DNA of 64,000 bases from an uncultured Planctomycetaceae bacterium (GTDB taxonomy: Bacteria > Planctomycetota > Planctomycetia > Planctomycetales > Planctomycetaceae), in NCBI GenBank assembly GCA_963815195.1, contig CAWFGE010000012.1, forward strand, positions 608,001 to 672,000, read 5' to 3'. Position numbers and translations under genes: made by a program. This document shows, one piece after another, positions 11,184-21,531 of the stretch; position 1 is the stretch's first letter; the number at the start of each line of letters is the position of its first letter. The notes below the pieces were generated by a model. That model did no database searches. It was not told the DNA's origin and saw nothing but the letters and a program-made list of their open reading frames with translations.

Positions 11184-12067
11184 CTGCTCGCGCTGCGGTA
11201 GCTGCGAAGCGACCAATTAAAGACCGCCCGCGAGATCACGAGCGCCAAAAGCGGCGCAACAACGGCGACCCCGACCAGCCAGGCGGGATCGAGCGGTTTG
11301 GATAACAGCACCCGCGCGGGGACCGTCACCACGAGCAGAATCGGGATGATGTAGCTGAAGGAGAACTGCAATGCATCGCCCGCCCCCCATTCGGACATCC
11401 CGCCGGGCGTCTGGCCCCTTTCGCCGCTGCCGTAGATGCTCCGCGGATACCGCGCGAAGACGGTGATGTAAAACCAGAAATCATAAAGCCCCTGGTTCCG
11501 CCCGAACCAGATGCTCGTGCTCGCGAGAATGATCATCAGGCTGTAAAAAAACGTCACGCCCGCCGCAATCAAGAGCAAATACATGAAGACGTCGCCCGCG
11601 GAAATCGCCTCGGCCAACTGCCCCGTCTCCCGCATGCGGTGGATGGAATAGCTCAAAAGCCCCCCGGCGAGCACGATCTGGTTCAGGTTCGCGATGTCCA
11701 CCTTCTCGAACGAAATCAAGAACTGCGTGTCGATGGGTTTGAGGAGGGCGAAATCCAGGTTGCCGGTGCGGATCAACTCGCTGAAGTTCGCGCAGTTGGG
11801 CATGAAGAACGTTTCGACGATGGCGTTGATCAGCATGCCCGTCGCCATGAACGCGAAGTATTCCTCGCGGGTCCAATCGTTGATGGAGTTCACGTTCGAA
11901 TAAATGATCTCGAACAGCGTGAGTTGGGCCCCGAACCAGAACGCCCGCGTTAAGACGGTGATCAGAAAATTCCCCCGAAAGGTCATCTCCCGCACGAGCG
12001 CGTTCCGCAAGAACGTCCAAAACACGCGGCCGTAGTGGGGATGCGTCGTGGGTTTGTTATCGAGCAT
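11180..12067 (-). CDS. ABC-2 family transporter permease (DUF990 type)
   Basis: [33 protein letters not shown]-terminal YRSASS; multiple TM segments. Confidence 0.85.
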   Translation of the reverse strand: MLDNKPTTHPHYGRVFWTFLRNALVREMTFRGNFLITVLTRAFWFGAQLTLFEIIYSNVNSINDWTREEYFAFMATGMLINAIVETFFMPNCANFSELIRTGNLDFALLKPIDTQFLISFEKVDIANLNQIVLAGGLLSYSIHRMRETGQLAEAISAGDVFMYLLLIAAGVTFFYSLMIILASTSIWFGRNQGLYDFWFYITVFARYPRSIYGSGERGQTPGGMSEWGAGDALQFSFSYIIPILLVVTVPARVLLSKPLDPAWLVGVAVVAPLLALVISRAVFNWSLRSYRSASS

Positions 12068-12151
12068 GGAATCTGAGCGAGAATAGAGGATGGAGGATTG
12101 AGGATAGAATAAACATCCCCCTTCCGTCCAGTTGCCTGCTCTTCGACTCTT

Positions 12152-13183
12152 TCACTCCGCCGCTTGGATTTCGCCGACTTGCCACACGGTTTCGCCGGCG
12201 TTCATGAGGGTCTCCCTCACGGTTTCGGCCTGTTCCGGGGCGACGATGACCCCAAAACCCACCCCGATGTTGAACACGCGGGCCATCTCCTTCGGGCTGA
12301 CCTGGCCGAGCGATGAGAACCACCGGTAAACCGCCGGCTGTGGCCAGGCGTTTTCTTCAATGTGCAATCGGCAGCTTTCGGGCAGGACGCGTTCGAGGTT
12401 CTCCACCAGCCCGCCACCCGTGATGTGGGCCATTCCGTGCACCGCCCCGGTTAGGGATTCTTCCCGCAACAGCTTGTTGACAGACTTCGCGTAAATCCGC
12501 GTGGGTGTTAAGAGCACTTCGCCCACGGTTCTCCCCAGTTCTTCGATCCGCTGGTCGATTTTTAAGCCCAGTTGATCGAACAAAACCTTGCGGAGCAGGC
12601 TGTAACCGTTGGAATGAAACCCGCTGGATGCGAGGCCGAGGACTTTATCTCCAGGGGCGATGTTTGAGCCGTCGATGAGTTGGCCCCGCTCCACGACCCC
12701 GACACAAAAACCCGCCATGTCGAAATCTTCGCCGGCGTACACGTCCGGCATGATCGCGGTTTCCCCGCCCAAAAGCGCGGCCCCGGCTTCCACGCAGCCC
12801 GTGCTCACGCCTTCCACCAGGTCGGCGATGAGATCCGGATTGTCCCGCCCGAGGGCCAGGTAATCCAAAAAGAACAACGGCTCGGCCCCGAGGCAGAGGC
12901 AATCGTTGACGCACATCGCCACCAGATCGATGCCCACGGTATTGAACTTCCTCGCTGCGAGGGCGACTTTGAGCTTTGTGCCCACGCCATCGGTGCCGGA
13001 GACGAGCACAGGATCGCGGTAACTCTTCCCGTCGCCCTGGAGCCGAAACAGCCCCGCGAAACCGCCGGGCAAATCCATGACCCGCCCGGTGTGCGTGCGG
13101 GCCATCAACCCCGGCAGCCGCTGCATCGCCTTTTGATACAGATCCAAATCGACGCCCGCATCTTTGTAACTGATCTCGCCCAT
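12152..13183 (-). CDS. purM: Phosphoribosylformylglycinamidine cyclo-ligase (AIR synthetase)
   Basis: SYKDAGVD, GTDGVGTK, GIDLVAMCVND, GGETAIMP, SSGFHSNGYSL, HITGGG. Confidence 0.97.
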   Translation of the reverse strand: MGEISYKDAGVDLDLYQKAMQRLPGLMARTHTGRVMDLPGGFAGLFRLQGDGKSYRDPVLVSGTDGVGTKLKVALAARKFNTVGIDLVAMCVNDCLCLGAEPLFFLDYLALGRDNPDLIADLVEGVSTGCVEAGAALLGGETAIMPDVYAGEDFDMAGFCVGVVERGQLIDGSNIAPGDKVLGLASSGFHSNGYSLLRKVLFDQLGLKIDQRIEELGRTVGEVLLTPTRIYAKSVNKLLREESLTGAVHGMAHITGGGLVENLERVLPESCRLHIEENAWPQPAVYRWFSSLGQVSPKEMARVFNIGVGFGVIVAPEQAETVRETLMNAGETVWQVGEIQAAE

Positions 13184-13202
13184 CGCTTGGGACCTGTTTC
13201 CT

Positions 13203-13412
13203 TTAATGTTTTTTCGCGTCCATCAATTGATCGAGCGTCACAAAGCCATCGGTTTTATGGAGGCTCTTCGCCGGGCAACCCTGGCAGCCGCCGGCGTGGC
13301 AACCGCTGCCGGCGGGATTGCGGATCATCATCACAAACCGCCGGACCAACACCGCCACCGCGACGGCGACGCAGGTGAGTGCCAACAACGTTTGCATGTT
13401 CGCTTGATCCAT
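13203..13412 (-). CDS. FeoB-associated Cys-rich small membrane protein
   Basis: One TM helix followed by GSGCHAGGCQGCP, directly downstream of feoB. Confidence 0.8.
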   Translation of the reverse strand: MDQANMQTLLALTCVAVAVAVLVRRFVMMIRNPAGSGCHAGGCQGCPAKSLHKTDGFVTLDQLMDAKKH

Positions 13413-13520
13413 TGGTTTTGACAATCCTGTGATTGAATTTTGCATCAGCCGCGAAATCGAGTTCGGTCGATCATTCTCTGGCGGGTGCCACTGCTGGCTC
13501 GCCCAGCAGTGCGTTTCTTG

Positions 13521-15720
13521 TCAAGTCACAAACATCATGCCGACCTGGTAGGTGACCAGCGCCGCAACATAGGCCAAAGCGGTCATGTAACCAAACGTAA
13601 ATGCCGGCCAGCGCCAACTGTTGGTTTCGCGGCGGATGGTCATCAAGGTCGCAGCGCATTGGGCGCACAACGCGAAGAACACCATGATCGACAAAGCCAC
13701 CGGTACGTTGAAGACTTTGCTGCCGTCGGGCCGGCGGGAGGCTTTTAGCTCGGCCATCAGGCTTTGGTCGGGCTCGTCGGTGGCCACATCGCTGCCCAGG
13801 CTGTAAATCGTGCCCAAGGTGGCGATGATCACTTCGCGAGCGGGAAACGAAGCGATCGCTCCCACGCCGATCCGCCAATCCCAACCCAACGGCTCCACCG
13901 CCGGCTCAATCGCCTGGCCCGCCTGCCCCAGGTAACTGTCTTTGATCAGCCGCCCGCTGAGCCGATTGTGCTCCGTGGAAAGCTCCGCGATCCTCGCTTC
14001 GGAGGTTTTGGGGTTTTCCATCTCGGCTTGGATCTCGTTGAGCTTCGCATGATCGCCGGGAAAATACCCGAGCGCCCAGACGACGACGCTCGTGGCGAAA
14101 ATCAGCGTGCCCGCGCGGGTGACGAAGGCTTTGCCGCGGTCGTATACTCGGCTCAAAACAATCCGAGGCGACGGCCATTTATAACTCGGCAATTCCATCA
14201 CAAACGGCGGCGTCTCGCCTTTGAAGAAAGTCTTTGTCAACAGCCACGCCACCGGAACCGCCACCAGCGCCCCCAGCGAAGACATCGCGAACAGCACCAA
14301 TCCCTGAAGGCCGACCAACCCGCCCAGGTAAGTCGTGCCGGGAATAAAGGCCGCGATCAGAATCAGATACACCGGCAGCCTCGCGGAGCAGCTCATCAAG
14401 GGGGCGATCAAAATGGTGACCATCCGGTCGCGGCGGTTCTCGATGACGCGGGTCGCCATCACGCCGGGGATCGCGCAGCGCGAACGAAGACATCAACGGC
14501 ACGAAGGATTTCCCGCTGAGGCCGATTTTGGTCATCAGCTTGTCCATCAAAAACGCCGCCCGCGCCATGTAGCCGCAGTCTTCCAAAAGGGCGATAAAGA
14601 AGAACAGGAACACGATCTGCGGCAGGAACACCAGGACGCCGCCCACGCCCGCGATCACGCCGTCCACGATCAAACTGCGAAACGCCCCCGGAGCGAGGTT
14701 CGCCACCACCTGGGCCGCGAGCCATTCCTGGCCGGCTTCGATCTGCTCCATAAACGGCCCGGCCCAGCGATAAATCGCCTGAAACACAATAAACATCATC
14801 ACGCAGAAAATGACGAGGCCCCACACGCGATGCGTTAAGATGCGGTCGATGCGGTCGCTGACGGTGGCGGGGCGTTCGGCGGGATGGGTGATCACGCCGC
14901 CCAAAATCTCGCGGACCCAGCCATACCGCATGCGGGCTTCCACGGCGGGAACGCGAAAGCCGGCGTCCTTGAGCCGCTGCCGGGCCGCCGAGAGATGCTC
15001 GCCCAAACCCGGCCCAATTTCGCGGGCGAATTGCAGCTCCACTTGGCCGCCGACGTCCAACAGCAACCGGTCGAGCAAATAGCTCGGCACGTCGCCCCAT
15101 TCCTTTTCTTTCAAATACGCCGCCAGGATGTCGCGCTCTTCCACGAACGGGGGCGGGAAAACTTCAAAGGTCGGCAGCGGCTTGTCTTGGGTGGTGGTGA
15201 GGATCGCGTCGCGAAGCTCCGCGAGTCCCCGCCGGCGGTGGGCTTCGGTCTTGACGACCGGGATGCCGAGCTTTTCCGAGAGCCGCCCGGCATCGATCGT
15301 GATCCCCCGCGACTCCGCCACGTCGCTCATGTTGAGCACCAACACCACCGGCTCGCCCAGGTCTAAAACCTGGCTGACGAGATACAGGTTCCGCTCCAAA
15401 TTCGCGGCATCGACGATGCAGACCACCGCATCCGGCCGCCCCACATCGTCCTGTCGGCCCAGAAGCACATCCACCGAGACCATCTCGTCCAAGGACCGCG
15501 GGGAGAGGCTGTAAGTTCCCGGCAGATCGACGAGCGAAATCCGCTGGCCTTCCCAGGTGACGTGGCCGACTTTCTTCTCGACCGTCACGCCGGGAAAGTT
15601 GCCGATGCGGGCATTCATCCCGGCGAGCGCATTAAACAGCGTGCTTTTGCCGGTGTTGGGGTTCCCGATCAAAGCCACGGTCAGCGGGCGGGTTTTGGGT
15701 TCTGGGGGAGCGAGGGACAT
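13521..15720 (-). CDS. feoB: Ferrous iron transporter B; frameshift near 14479
   Basis: GNPNTGKS, NFPGVTVE, DLPGTYSL, LEDCGYMARAAF, SSFA-[fs]-CAIPG, MSCSARLPVY, FVMELPSY, AREV. Confidence 0.95.
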
Positions 15721-15913
15721 ATGCGGTGGGCTTGTCGTGGTGGGGCGTTAGGTTTGGTCGGATTTCAGCGCTGCAGAGCGATGGAGTGAGGATAGAGGAT
15801 GGAGGATCGCCTGGGGGAAGATGCCGGATTGTTCTTGCTATTTCTACTCCACCCTCCATCCTCATCTGGAATGCAGGGTTGTGTTCGAGGAAGAGAAATC
15901 CGCCGATGCAGAA

Positions 15914-16951
15914 TCAGGCGGCGAGGCGAGACTGGCGGAGTTGGTCCACGGTGACGGCGGAAACGATGATCAGGCCGAGGATCATGTCCTGGTAGGCATT
16001 GTCGATGCCCAACAGCGTGCAGCCGCTTTGGATCACATAAATAATGGCCGCCCCGGTAAGGGTGCCGATGACGGAGCCGCGGCCGCCGCTCAAGCTGCCG
16101 CCGCCGATGACGACCGCCGCGATGATCCGCAATTCCTCGCCGGTCCCCGAGGTCGGGTTGCCGACTTTGGTCTGGGCGAACAAATACAATCCCCCCACGC
16201 CCACGAAGAAGCCGGACAGGGTGTAAACCGCGATCTTGTTGAGGGGGATATTGATCCCGCACAGCCGGGCGGTGGATTCGTTCGATCCCAGGGCAAACAC
16301 ATACCGGCTGAACACGGAATAGCGGAGCATCAACACCATCAGCACGGCGAGCCCGAACAAAATCCAAATCCCCAGCGGAAACCCGGCGATCAAGGCTTTC
16401 GAGCGGATGCTCAAAAAATCCTGCAGCCATTCCGGGATTTGCTCCTGATGATCCAAATGGATCGTGCCGCCGGCGGCGACTTTCTTGGCGATGCCCAGGA
16501 AGATCGTCATGGTTCCCAAGGTCACGATAAACGGGACCACGCGGAGGAGGCTGATGAGGACGCCGTTCAACAGCCCGCACAAACAGCCGGCCCCGATCGC
16601 CGCGAACACCGCCAGGAAGGGATTCCAACCCAGTTTCAGACCGGCGGCGAGCACCGTGGAGCACAGCGCGATCGCCGTCCCCGCGGAGAGATCGATCCCG
16701 CCTGAGATAATCACCACGGTCATTCCGAGCGCGGCCACGCCGACCATCGCGGTGGCCACCGCAATGGACTGCACGTTCCGCTCGGAAAAAAACGTGGGCC
16801 GGGAACTCCATAAAACATCCGTCACGCCGAAGAACAGAAACACCAACCCCAGCGCCAGAAACGGGCCGAGGACATTACCTACTAGACTAATCGGCAGACG
16901 CCTCCGCGTCAATTGAGATTGAGTCTCTGTTTCAGATTTGCTTGACATCAA
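15914..16951 (-). CDS. Sugar ABC transporter permease (RbsC-like)
   Basis: [53 protein letters not shown]. Confidence 0.92.
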   Translation of the reverse strand: MMSSKSETETQSQLTRRRLPISLVGNVLGPFLALGLVFLFFGVTDVLWSSRPTFFSERNVQSIAVATAMVGVAALGMTVVIISGGIDLSAGTAIALCSTVLAAGLKLGWNPFLAVFAAIGAGCLCGLLNGVLISLLRVVPFIVTLGTMTIFLGIAKKVAAGGTIHLDHQEQIPEWLQDFLSIRSKALIAGFPLGIWILFGLAVLMVLMLRYSVFSRYVFALGSNESTARLCGINIPLNKIAVYTLSGFFVGVGGLYLFAQTKVGNPTSGTGEELRIIAAVVIGGGSLSGGRGSVIGTLTGAAIIYVIQSGCTLLGIDNAYQDMILGLIIVSAVTVDQLRQSRLAA

Positions 16952-17040
16952 AAGGATTTCCTCGAGGAACCGCTTGCCCTTCTTGCCCCATCATAACCCG
17001 AAGCGCAAGCGACGCAATCAGTTCAGGGCTCTTCGCCCGG

Positions 17041-18528
17041 CTAATCCGCGGTGATCGCGAGTCGCATCACGGCTTCTGCGGTCCATTCGGACGCCGGTTT
17101 GACCGCCCGGAGCCGGCCGCGGGCCATCACGGCGACTCGGTCGCAAATCGCGAGCAGTTCGGTCAGATAGGAACTCACAAAGAGAATCGCCTTGCCCTCG
17201 GCCGCGAGTTCGCCCATCAGCCGGTAGATTTCGGATTTCGTGCCCACGTCGATGCCCCGGGTTGGCTCATCCAGCAGCAGAACGTCGGCGTCCTGGTGCA
17301 TCACGCGGGCGATGGCGACCTTCTGCTGATTTCCGCCGGAGAGTTCCTGGATCGACTGCTCCTGCGAATGGTACTTGACGTGCAATCGCTCAAGCCAGCG
17401 GGCGACTTCCTGCCGGCGTTTGCCGAGGTTCAGCCAACCGGCCCGGCTGTAAGGGTCCAACCGGCTGTAGGTGAGGTTATCCGCCAGCGACCGCGATTGG
17501 GCCAAGCCTTCGCCTTTGCGGTCTTCGGAGACGAGTCCCAGGCCCGCCTGGATTCGCGATTTGGGATTGGACCGCGGAGAGAACTGGGCGATTTTCACCC
17601 GGCCCTGCTCCACGGCATCGAGGCCGAACAGACACCTTAAAAGTTCCGTCCGCCCCGCACCGACCAGCCCGGAAATCCCCAGAATCTCGCCCCGGCGGAC
17701 TTCCAGGCTCACATCCCGCGGGATCCGCTGCCCGCTGAGATTTTCGACCCTCAGCAAAACGTCTCCCGGCTGATGGGGGACCTGCGGAAAGAGGTCTTCC
17801 ACCGTGCGGCCGACCATCAGCGAGACGATTTCCGCCTCGGTGGTCTGTTCCAAAAGCCCGCTGCCGACGGACTCGCCGTCCCGCAGCACCACGAAGCGGT
17901 CGCCGACCTCGCGGATCTCCTCCAGGAAATGGCTGATATAGATCACGCCCATCCCGGAGGCTTTGAGCTTCTGGATCACCTCGAACAGATGGGCCGCATC
18001 CTGCTGGGTGAGGGAACTCGTCGGTTCATCGAACACGATGACTTTCGATTCGCTGGCCAGCACGCGGGCGATCTCGACCAACTGCTGCACGCCCACCGAC
18101 AACCGCCCCACCGGGACTTCCGGTTTGAGATCGGGATGGCCCAACAGGTCCAGCGCCTCGTGCACCTTCCGGCGTTGCTCCCGGCGGTTCAAAAGCCCGA
18201 GCCGCGACCGCTCCTGGCCGAGCATGATGTTGTCTTCCACACTCAGGTCGGCGGCGAGGTTCAGTTCCTGATAGATCATCCCCACCCCGGCCTCTCGAGC
18301 CGCGTGCGGACCGGCGGGACCATAACGTTTGCCGGCCAATTCCATCCAACCGGCATCGGGAGCGTGCGCGCCGCTCAAGACCTTCATCAGCGTGCTCTTG
18401 CCCGCTCCGTTTTCGCCGATGAGCGCGAGCACCTCTCCCGCGCGGACCTCCAGCGAAACCCCGCGAAGCGCCCGCGTCGCTCCGAATCGCTTCTGGATGC
18501 CCTCCATCTTTAACAACGACGCGGTCAT
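17041..18528 (-). CDS. Sugar ABC transporter ATP-binding protein (RbsA-like, two NBDs)
   Basis: GENGAGKST, FDEPT, YISH, EDRKGEGL, LSGGNQQK, DEPTRGIDVG. Confidence 0.95.
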   Translation of the reverse strand: MTASLLKMEGIQKRFGATRALRGVSLEVRAGEVLALIGENGAGKSTLMKVLSGAHAPDAGWMELAGKRYGPAGPHAAREAGVGMIYQELNLAADLSVEDNIMLGQERSRLGLLNRREQRRKVHEALDLLGHPDLKPEVPVGRLSVGVQQLVEIARVLASESKVIVFDEPTSSLTQQDAAHLFEVIQKLKASGMGVIYISHFLEEIREVGDRFVVLRDGESVGSGLLEQTTEAEIVSLMVGRTVEDLFPQVPHQPGDVLLRVENLSGQRIPRDVSLEVRRGEILGISGLVGAGRTELLRCLFGLDAVEQGRVKIAQFSPRSNPKSRIQAGLGLVSEDRKGEGLAQSRSLADNLTYSRLDPYSRAGWLNLGKRRQEVARWLERLHVKYHSQEQSIQELSGGNQQKVAIARVMHQDADVLLLDEPTRGIDVGTKSEIYRLMGELAAEGKAILFVSSYLTELLAICDRVAVMARGRLRAVKPASEWTAEAVMRLAITAD

Positions 18529-18542
18529 GGAATTTTCCCTAT

Positions 18543-18654
18543 GGATCGCCAAGAATATAACTTCAGCATTTGGGATCAACAGGCGAGCGGGGGGCGTAAG
18601 CCCCCTGGTTTTGTTAAATGGTTCAAAAAACTGAAGTTGTCTTCTTGGCGGTCC
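18543..18654. mobile_element. MITE-like element (about 112 bp), copy 1
   Basis: 24-bp terminal inverted repeats (21/24 match) enclosing a ggggcgtaagcccc hairpin; near-identical reverse-complement copy at 60683-60793. Confidence 0.8.
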
Positions 18655-18664
18655 CGATCCACAA

Positions 18665-19966
18665 TCAACGCTTGGCTTGGTTCCCGGCCAGTTCCACGAG
18701 TTTGTCGAACGACCAGCGGAGCGGCTCGTAACCGCCCGTGACCATCAACTTGCCATCGGGCGAAAAAGCGACGTTCCTTTCATCGACGGCGTGCTTGGGA
18801 AGGTCGACGGTCAGGCGGGGTTGCAAGCGGGGCAGCGACCAGAGCGCCAGCTTTGACATGCCGTTCGTGGAAACCAGCCAACGGCCGGACGGATGAAACA
18901 CGACTTTCGTATGACGACGACCACCCGTCAAGCGATGGTGGGTCAGCCAGCGCTTGTTTTGCAGGTCGTATAGCCGAACCACGCGGCCGAAGCCGATTGC
19001 CAATGTTTTGCCGTCCGGGGAAACATCCACGCTGCACTGGCGTTCGCGGTACTGGGGATCGTTCAGCAATTCGTCGGCTTTGAGTTGCTTCGGCAATCCA
19101 TCGTCCGCTGTGAGTTCTTTTATGAGGCTCCCATCCTCCACGTTCCAGATGCGGATCGACAAGTCGTTCGCAGTTGTTACAAGCGTTTTGCTGTCCGCTC
19201 CAAAGTCCATTCCCCAGAAAATCGGATTAGGCTGTTTGATCGTCTTAGGCTGTTTGATCGTCAGATGATGCGAAAACTCTGGGCCGGTGTTTGCCGTCCG
19301 CTCCGTGGAGGCGATTTTCCAGAGATCCACGAGGCCGGCGGATTGGTGGTTCGTCCTGCGACTTATTGGATAAGTAAACATCGGAAGAGCCAGCCAGCGC
19401 TCATCGGGCGAAATCCGTAGGGGAGCATATCCCGGCGCATTGCAAATCCCGCCGTAGGGGCCATTGGGTGACGTTGCTTCGGGATAGACCTTCGCCAGCG
19501 ACTTGGTCTTTTGAAGCAGCCATTTGGGACGAAGATTGCGGCGAGAATTTCCTTCTCTGAATAACTTTAATTCATGGTCGTCCGTCAGAACGATGAGCCA
19601 TTTTCCACGATCAAGGAAAGCGGAATTAATGGGGCGTCCATCCGGATCTGGCCAGCGGTTGGGAAGATCTTGGGTCTCCCTGATGTATTCCCAATCATTC
19701 GTCCTCCAGATGACATAAACGGCTTCTCCTCCTCTGCCTCCTCTATAGGGAGCCGGCGGTCTTCCGCGGCCTCCGCCGAAGAGCGTATGGCCGTCGGGGG
19801 AAAATGAGAGGGTATCCGCTGAGCCGTTAAAACCCTCCAAGGGCTCGGACGCTTCGCGGAGGATTTTTTCCGACTCCGACTCCCGCGGTTGGGCTTGGGC
19901 CGCGGTCGTCAACGATCCCAGCACGGCAAGCAACAATGCGCCAATATTCCGGGGGGATGCGAGCAT
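18665..19966 (-). CDS. Exported WD40-repeat protein
   Basis: Signal peptide; repeats such as LSFSPDGHTL, DFGADSKTLVTTANDLSIRIWNV, VSPDGKTLA, FHPSGRWL, AFSPDGKLMVTGG. Confidence 0.85.
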   Translation of the reverse strand: MLASPRNIGALLLAVLGSLTTAAQAQPRESESEKILREASEPLEGFNGSADTLSFSPDGHTLFGGGRGRPPAPYRGGRGGEAVYVIWRTNDWEYIRETQDLPNRWPDPDGRPINSAFLDRGKWLIVLTDDHELKLFREGNSRRNLRPKWLLQKTKSLAKVYPEATSPNGPYGGICNAPGYAPLRISPDERWLALPMFTYPISRRTNHQSAGLVDLWKIASTERTANTGPEFSHHLTIKQPKTIKQPNPIFWGMDFGADSKTLVTTANDLSIRIWNVEDGSLIKELTADDGLPKQLKADELLNDPQYRERQCSVDVSPDGKTLAIGFGRVVRLYDLQNKRWLTHHRLTGGRRHTKVVFHPSGRWLVSTNGMSKLALWSLPRLQPRLTVDLPKHAVDERNVAFSPDGKLMVTGGYEPLRWSFDKLVELAGNQAKR

Positions 19967-20073
19967 GGGAGTCTCCTTTTGCGTGAGGGTCAGTTGCGTG
20001 ATTGCACTCGTCGACTACCCTGCCTGCCATCGCCCGGCCCCGGCGGATTTGCACTCGAAACTTTGCTCCAAAA

Positions 20074-21057
20074 CTACTCGCCGAACTTGGGCGGGTGGAG
20101 CAGGCGGGGCATTTCCTCGGTTTGGCGGTTCTCCGGGGTGGCGACGTGCTCGCCGGTGATGATGCGTTTTTCCACCTTTTCGCCTTTAAGCTTTTTGTGC
20201 ATCGCCATCACGGCTTCGTAGCCCATCTTGACCGGGTCCTGCAGCACGATTCCTTGGACCTTGTTCGCTTCCAAACCATTGACGAGATCGGCGTTTGGGT
20301 CGAAGGCCACGAATTTGACTTTGCCGGTGAGTTCGAGTTCCTGTAGGGCCAACAGCACGCCCGCGGCATTGGGTTCGCAGACGGCGAAGATGCCATCCGC
20401 CTGGTCTTTGTACTGGCCGAGGATTTGCATGGCTTTTTCCTGCGACGACTTGGGCGTGGTGCCGGCGTATTGGTTGTCGGAGAGGATGTTGACCTCGGGG
20501 AACTCTTTTTTGAGCGTGTCCAGAAAGCCTTCTTCGCGCTGCTCGGTGCTTTCGCTGCCTTCGTTGTAGCGGAGCAGGATCACGTCGCCTTGGCCGCCCA
20601 TCGCTTCGACGAGCCTGCGGGCCGCGATCTGGCCGCCGTGGTAGTTGTCGGTGGCGACGTAGGAGACGATTTTGCTTTCATCGGCGAGGCCGCTGTCGTA
20701 AATCACCACGGGGATGTTTTCCTCGACGGATTCCTCGACGAGGCTGACGAGCATGGAAGTGTCGAGCGGGGCGAGGCAGATGCCATCCACCTGTTTGGTG
20801 ATGAAGTCCCGCATCACCTGGATTTGCCCTGGTCCGTCGTTTTCTTCGAGCGGGCCTTTCCAGAGGATTTCCACGTCGCCGAGTTCCTTGGCGGCTTTCT
20901 CGGCACCGTAATGCACGGATTTCCAAAACTCGTGGGTCGTGCCTTTGGGGATCACGGCGATCCGCAGCTTGCCGCTGTCTGCGGGCCTCGTGCAACCGGC
21001 CGCGAGAGAAAACAGCACCACCGATGCCAACAGGCATCGCATCGCGTTCGAGCGCAT
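20074..21057 (-). CDS. Sugar ABC transporter substrate-binding lipoprotein (RbsB-like)
   Basis: Lipobox LAAGC; IAVIPKGTTHEFWKSVHYGA, VATDNYHGG, QDPVKMGY. Confidence 0.92.
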   Translation of the reverse strand: MRSNAMRCLLASVVLFSLAAGCTRPADSGKLRIAVIPKGTTHEFWKSVHYGAEKAAKELGDVEILWKGPLEENDGPGQIQVMRDFITKQVDGICLAPLDTSMLVSLVEESVEENIPVVIYDSGLADESKIVSYVATDNYHGGQIAARRLVEAMGGQGDVILLRYNEGSESTEQREEGFLDTLKKEFPEVNILSDNQYAGTTPKSSQEKAMQILGQYKDQADGIFAVCEPNAAGVLLALQELELTGKVKFVAFDPNADLVNGLEANKVQGIVLQDPVKMGYEAVMAMHKKLKGEKVEKRIITGEHVATPENRQTEEMPRLLHPPKFGE

Positions 21058-21531
21058 CTCGGCTTCGCTCCAATGTTGGGGGGTGAAAAGGAAAAAGCAT
21101 GGGAGGCGTGTGAGGGAGGCGTGCAGGTATTGTCGCATCCCTTTGTCATCGTAACAGGCGGGCAATCGCCATCCAAGCCTGCAATTGCCGCGGCGCCGGC
21201 CCGCTTCCGCCATTGTCGGGGGCCGAATTTATCTTCGCGCCGCGAAAGGCGGCGGCGGCGGCTTGCGGCAGTTCCTGTATTGCATCGGCGCGTGAATCGC
21301 CGAAACCTACTAAACTCGGCGGGGCGCGAACAACTTTCAAATGCCACCCGGGCCAGTGCTTTCTGTGCCAGTGGCACGCCAGGCGATCTGCGAATGTCAC
21401 GGCAATGTAACAATTGTACGGATTCCTGTTGCCTGGGGCCGGAGCGGGGAATATCGTGTGAGAGATCCCGATTTGGGGTCGCCTTTTTCCACACAGCCCA
21501 TGGACCCGGACAAAACACAAAGGACCCACCC

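Noticed and set aside
20425..21531. N-terminal 369 aa of the 2217-aa ORF
   Set aside because: It overlaps the opposite-strand sugar-binding protein gene; the real start is ATG 21532, with an RBS and signal peptide.
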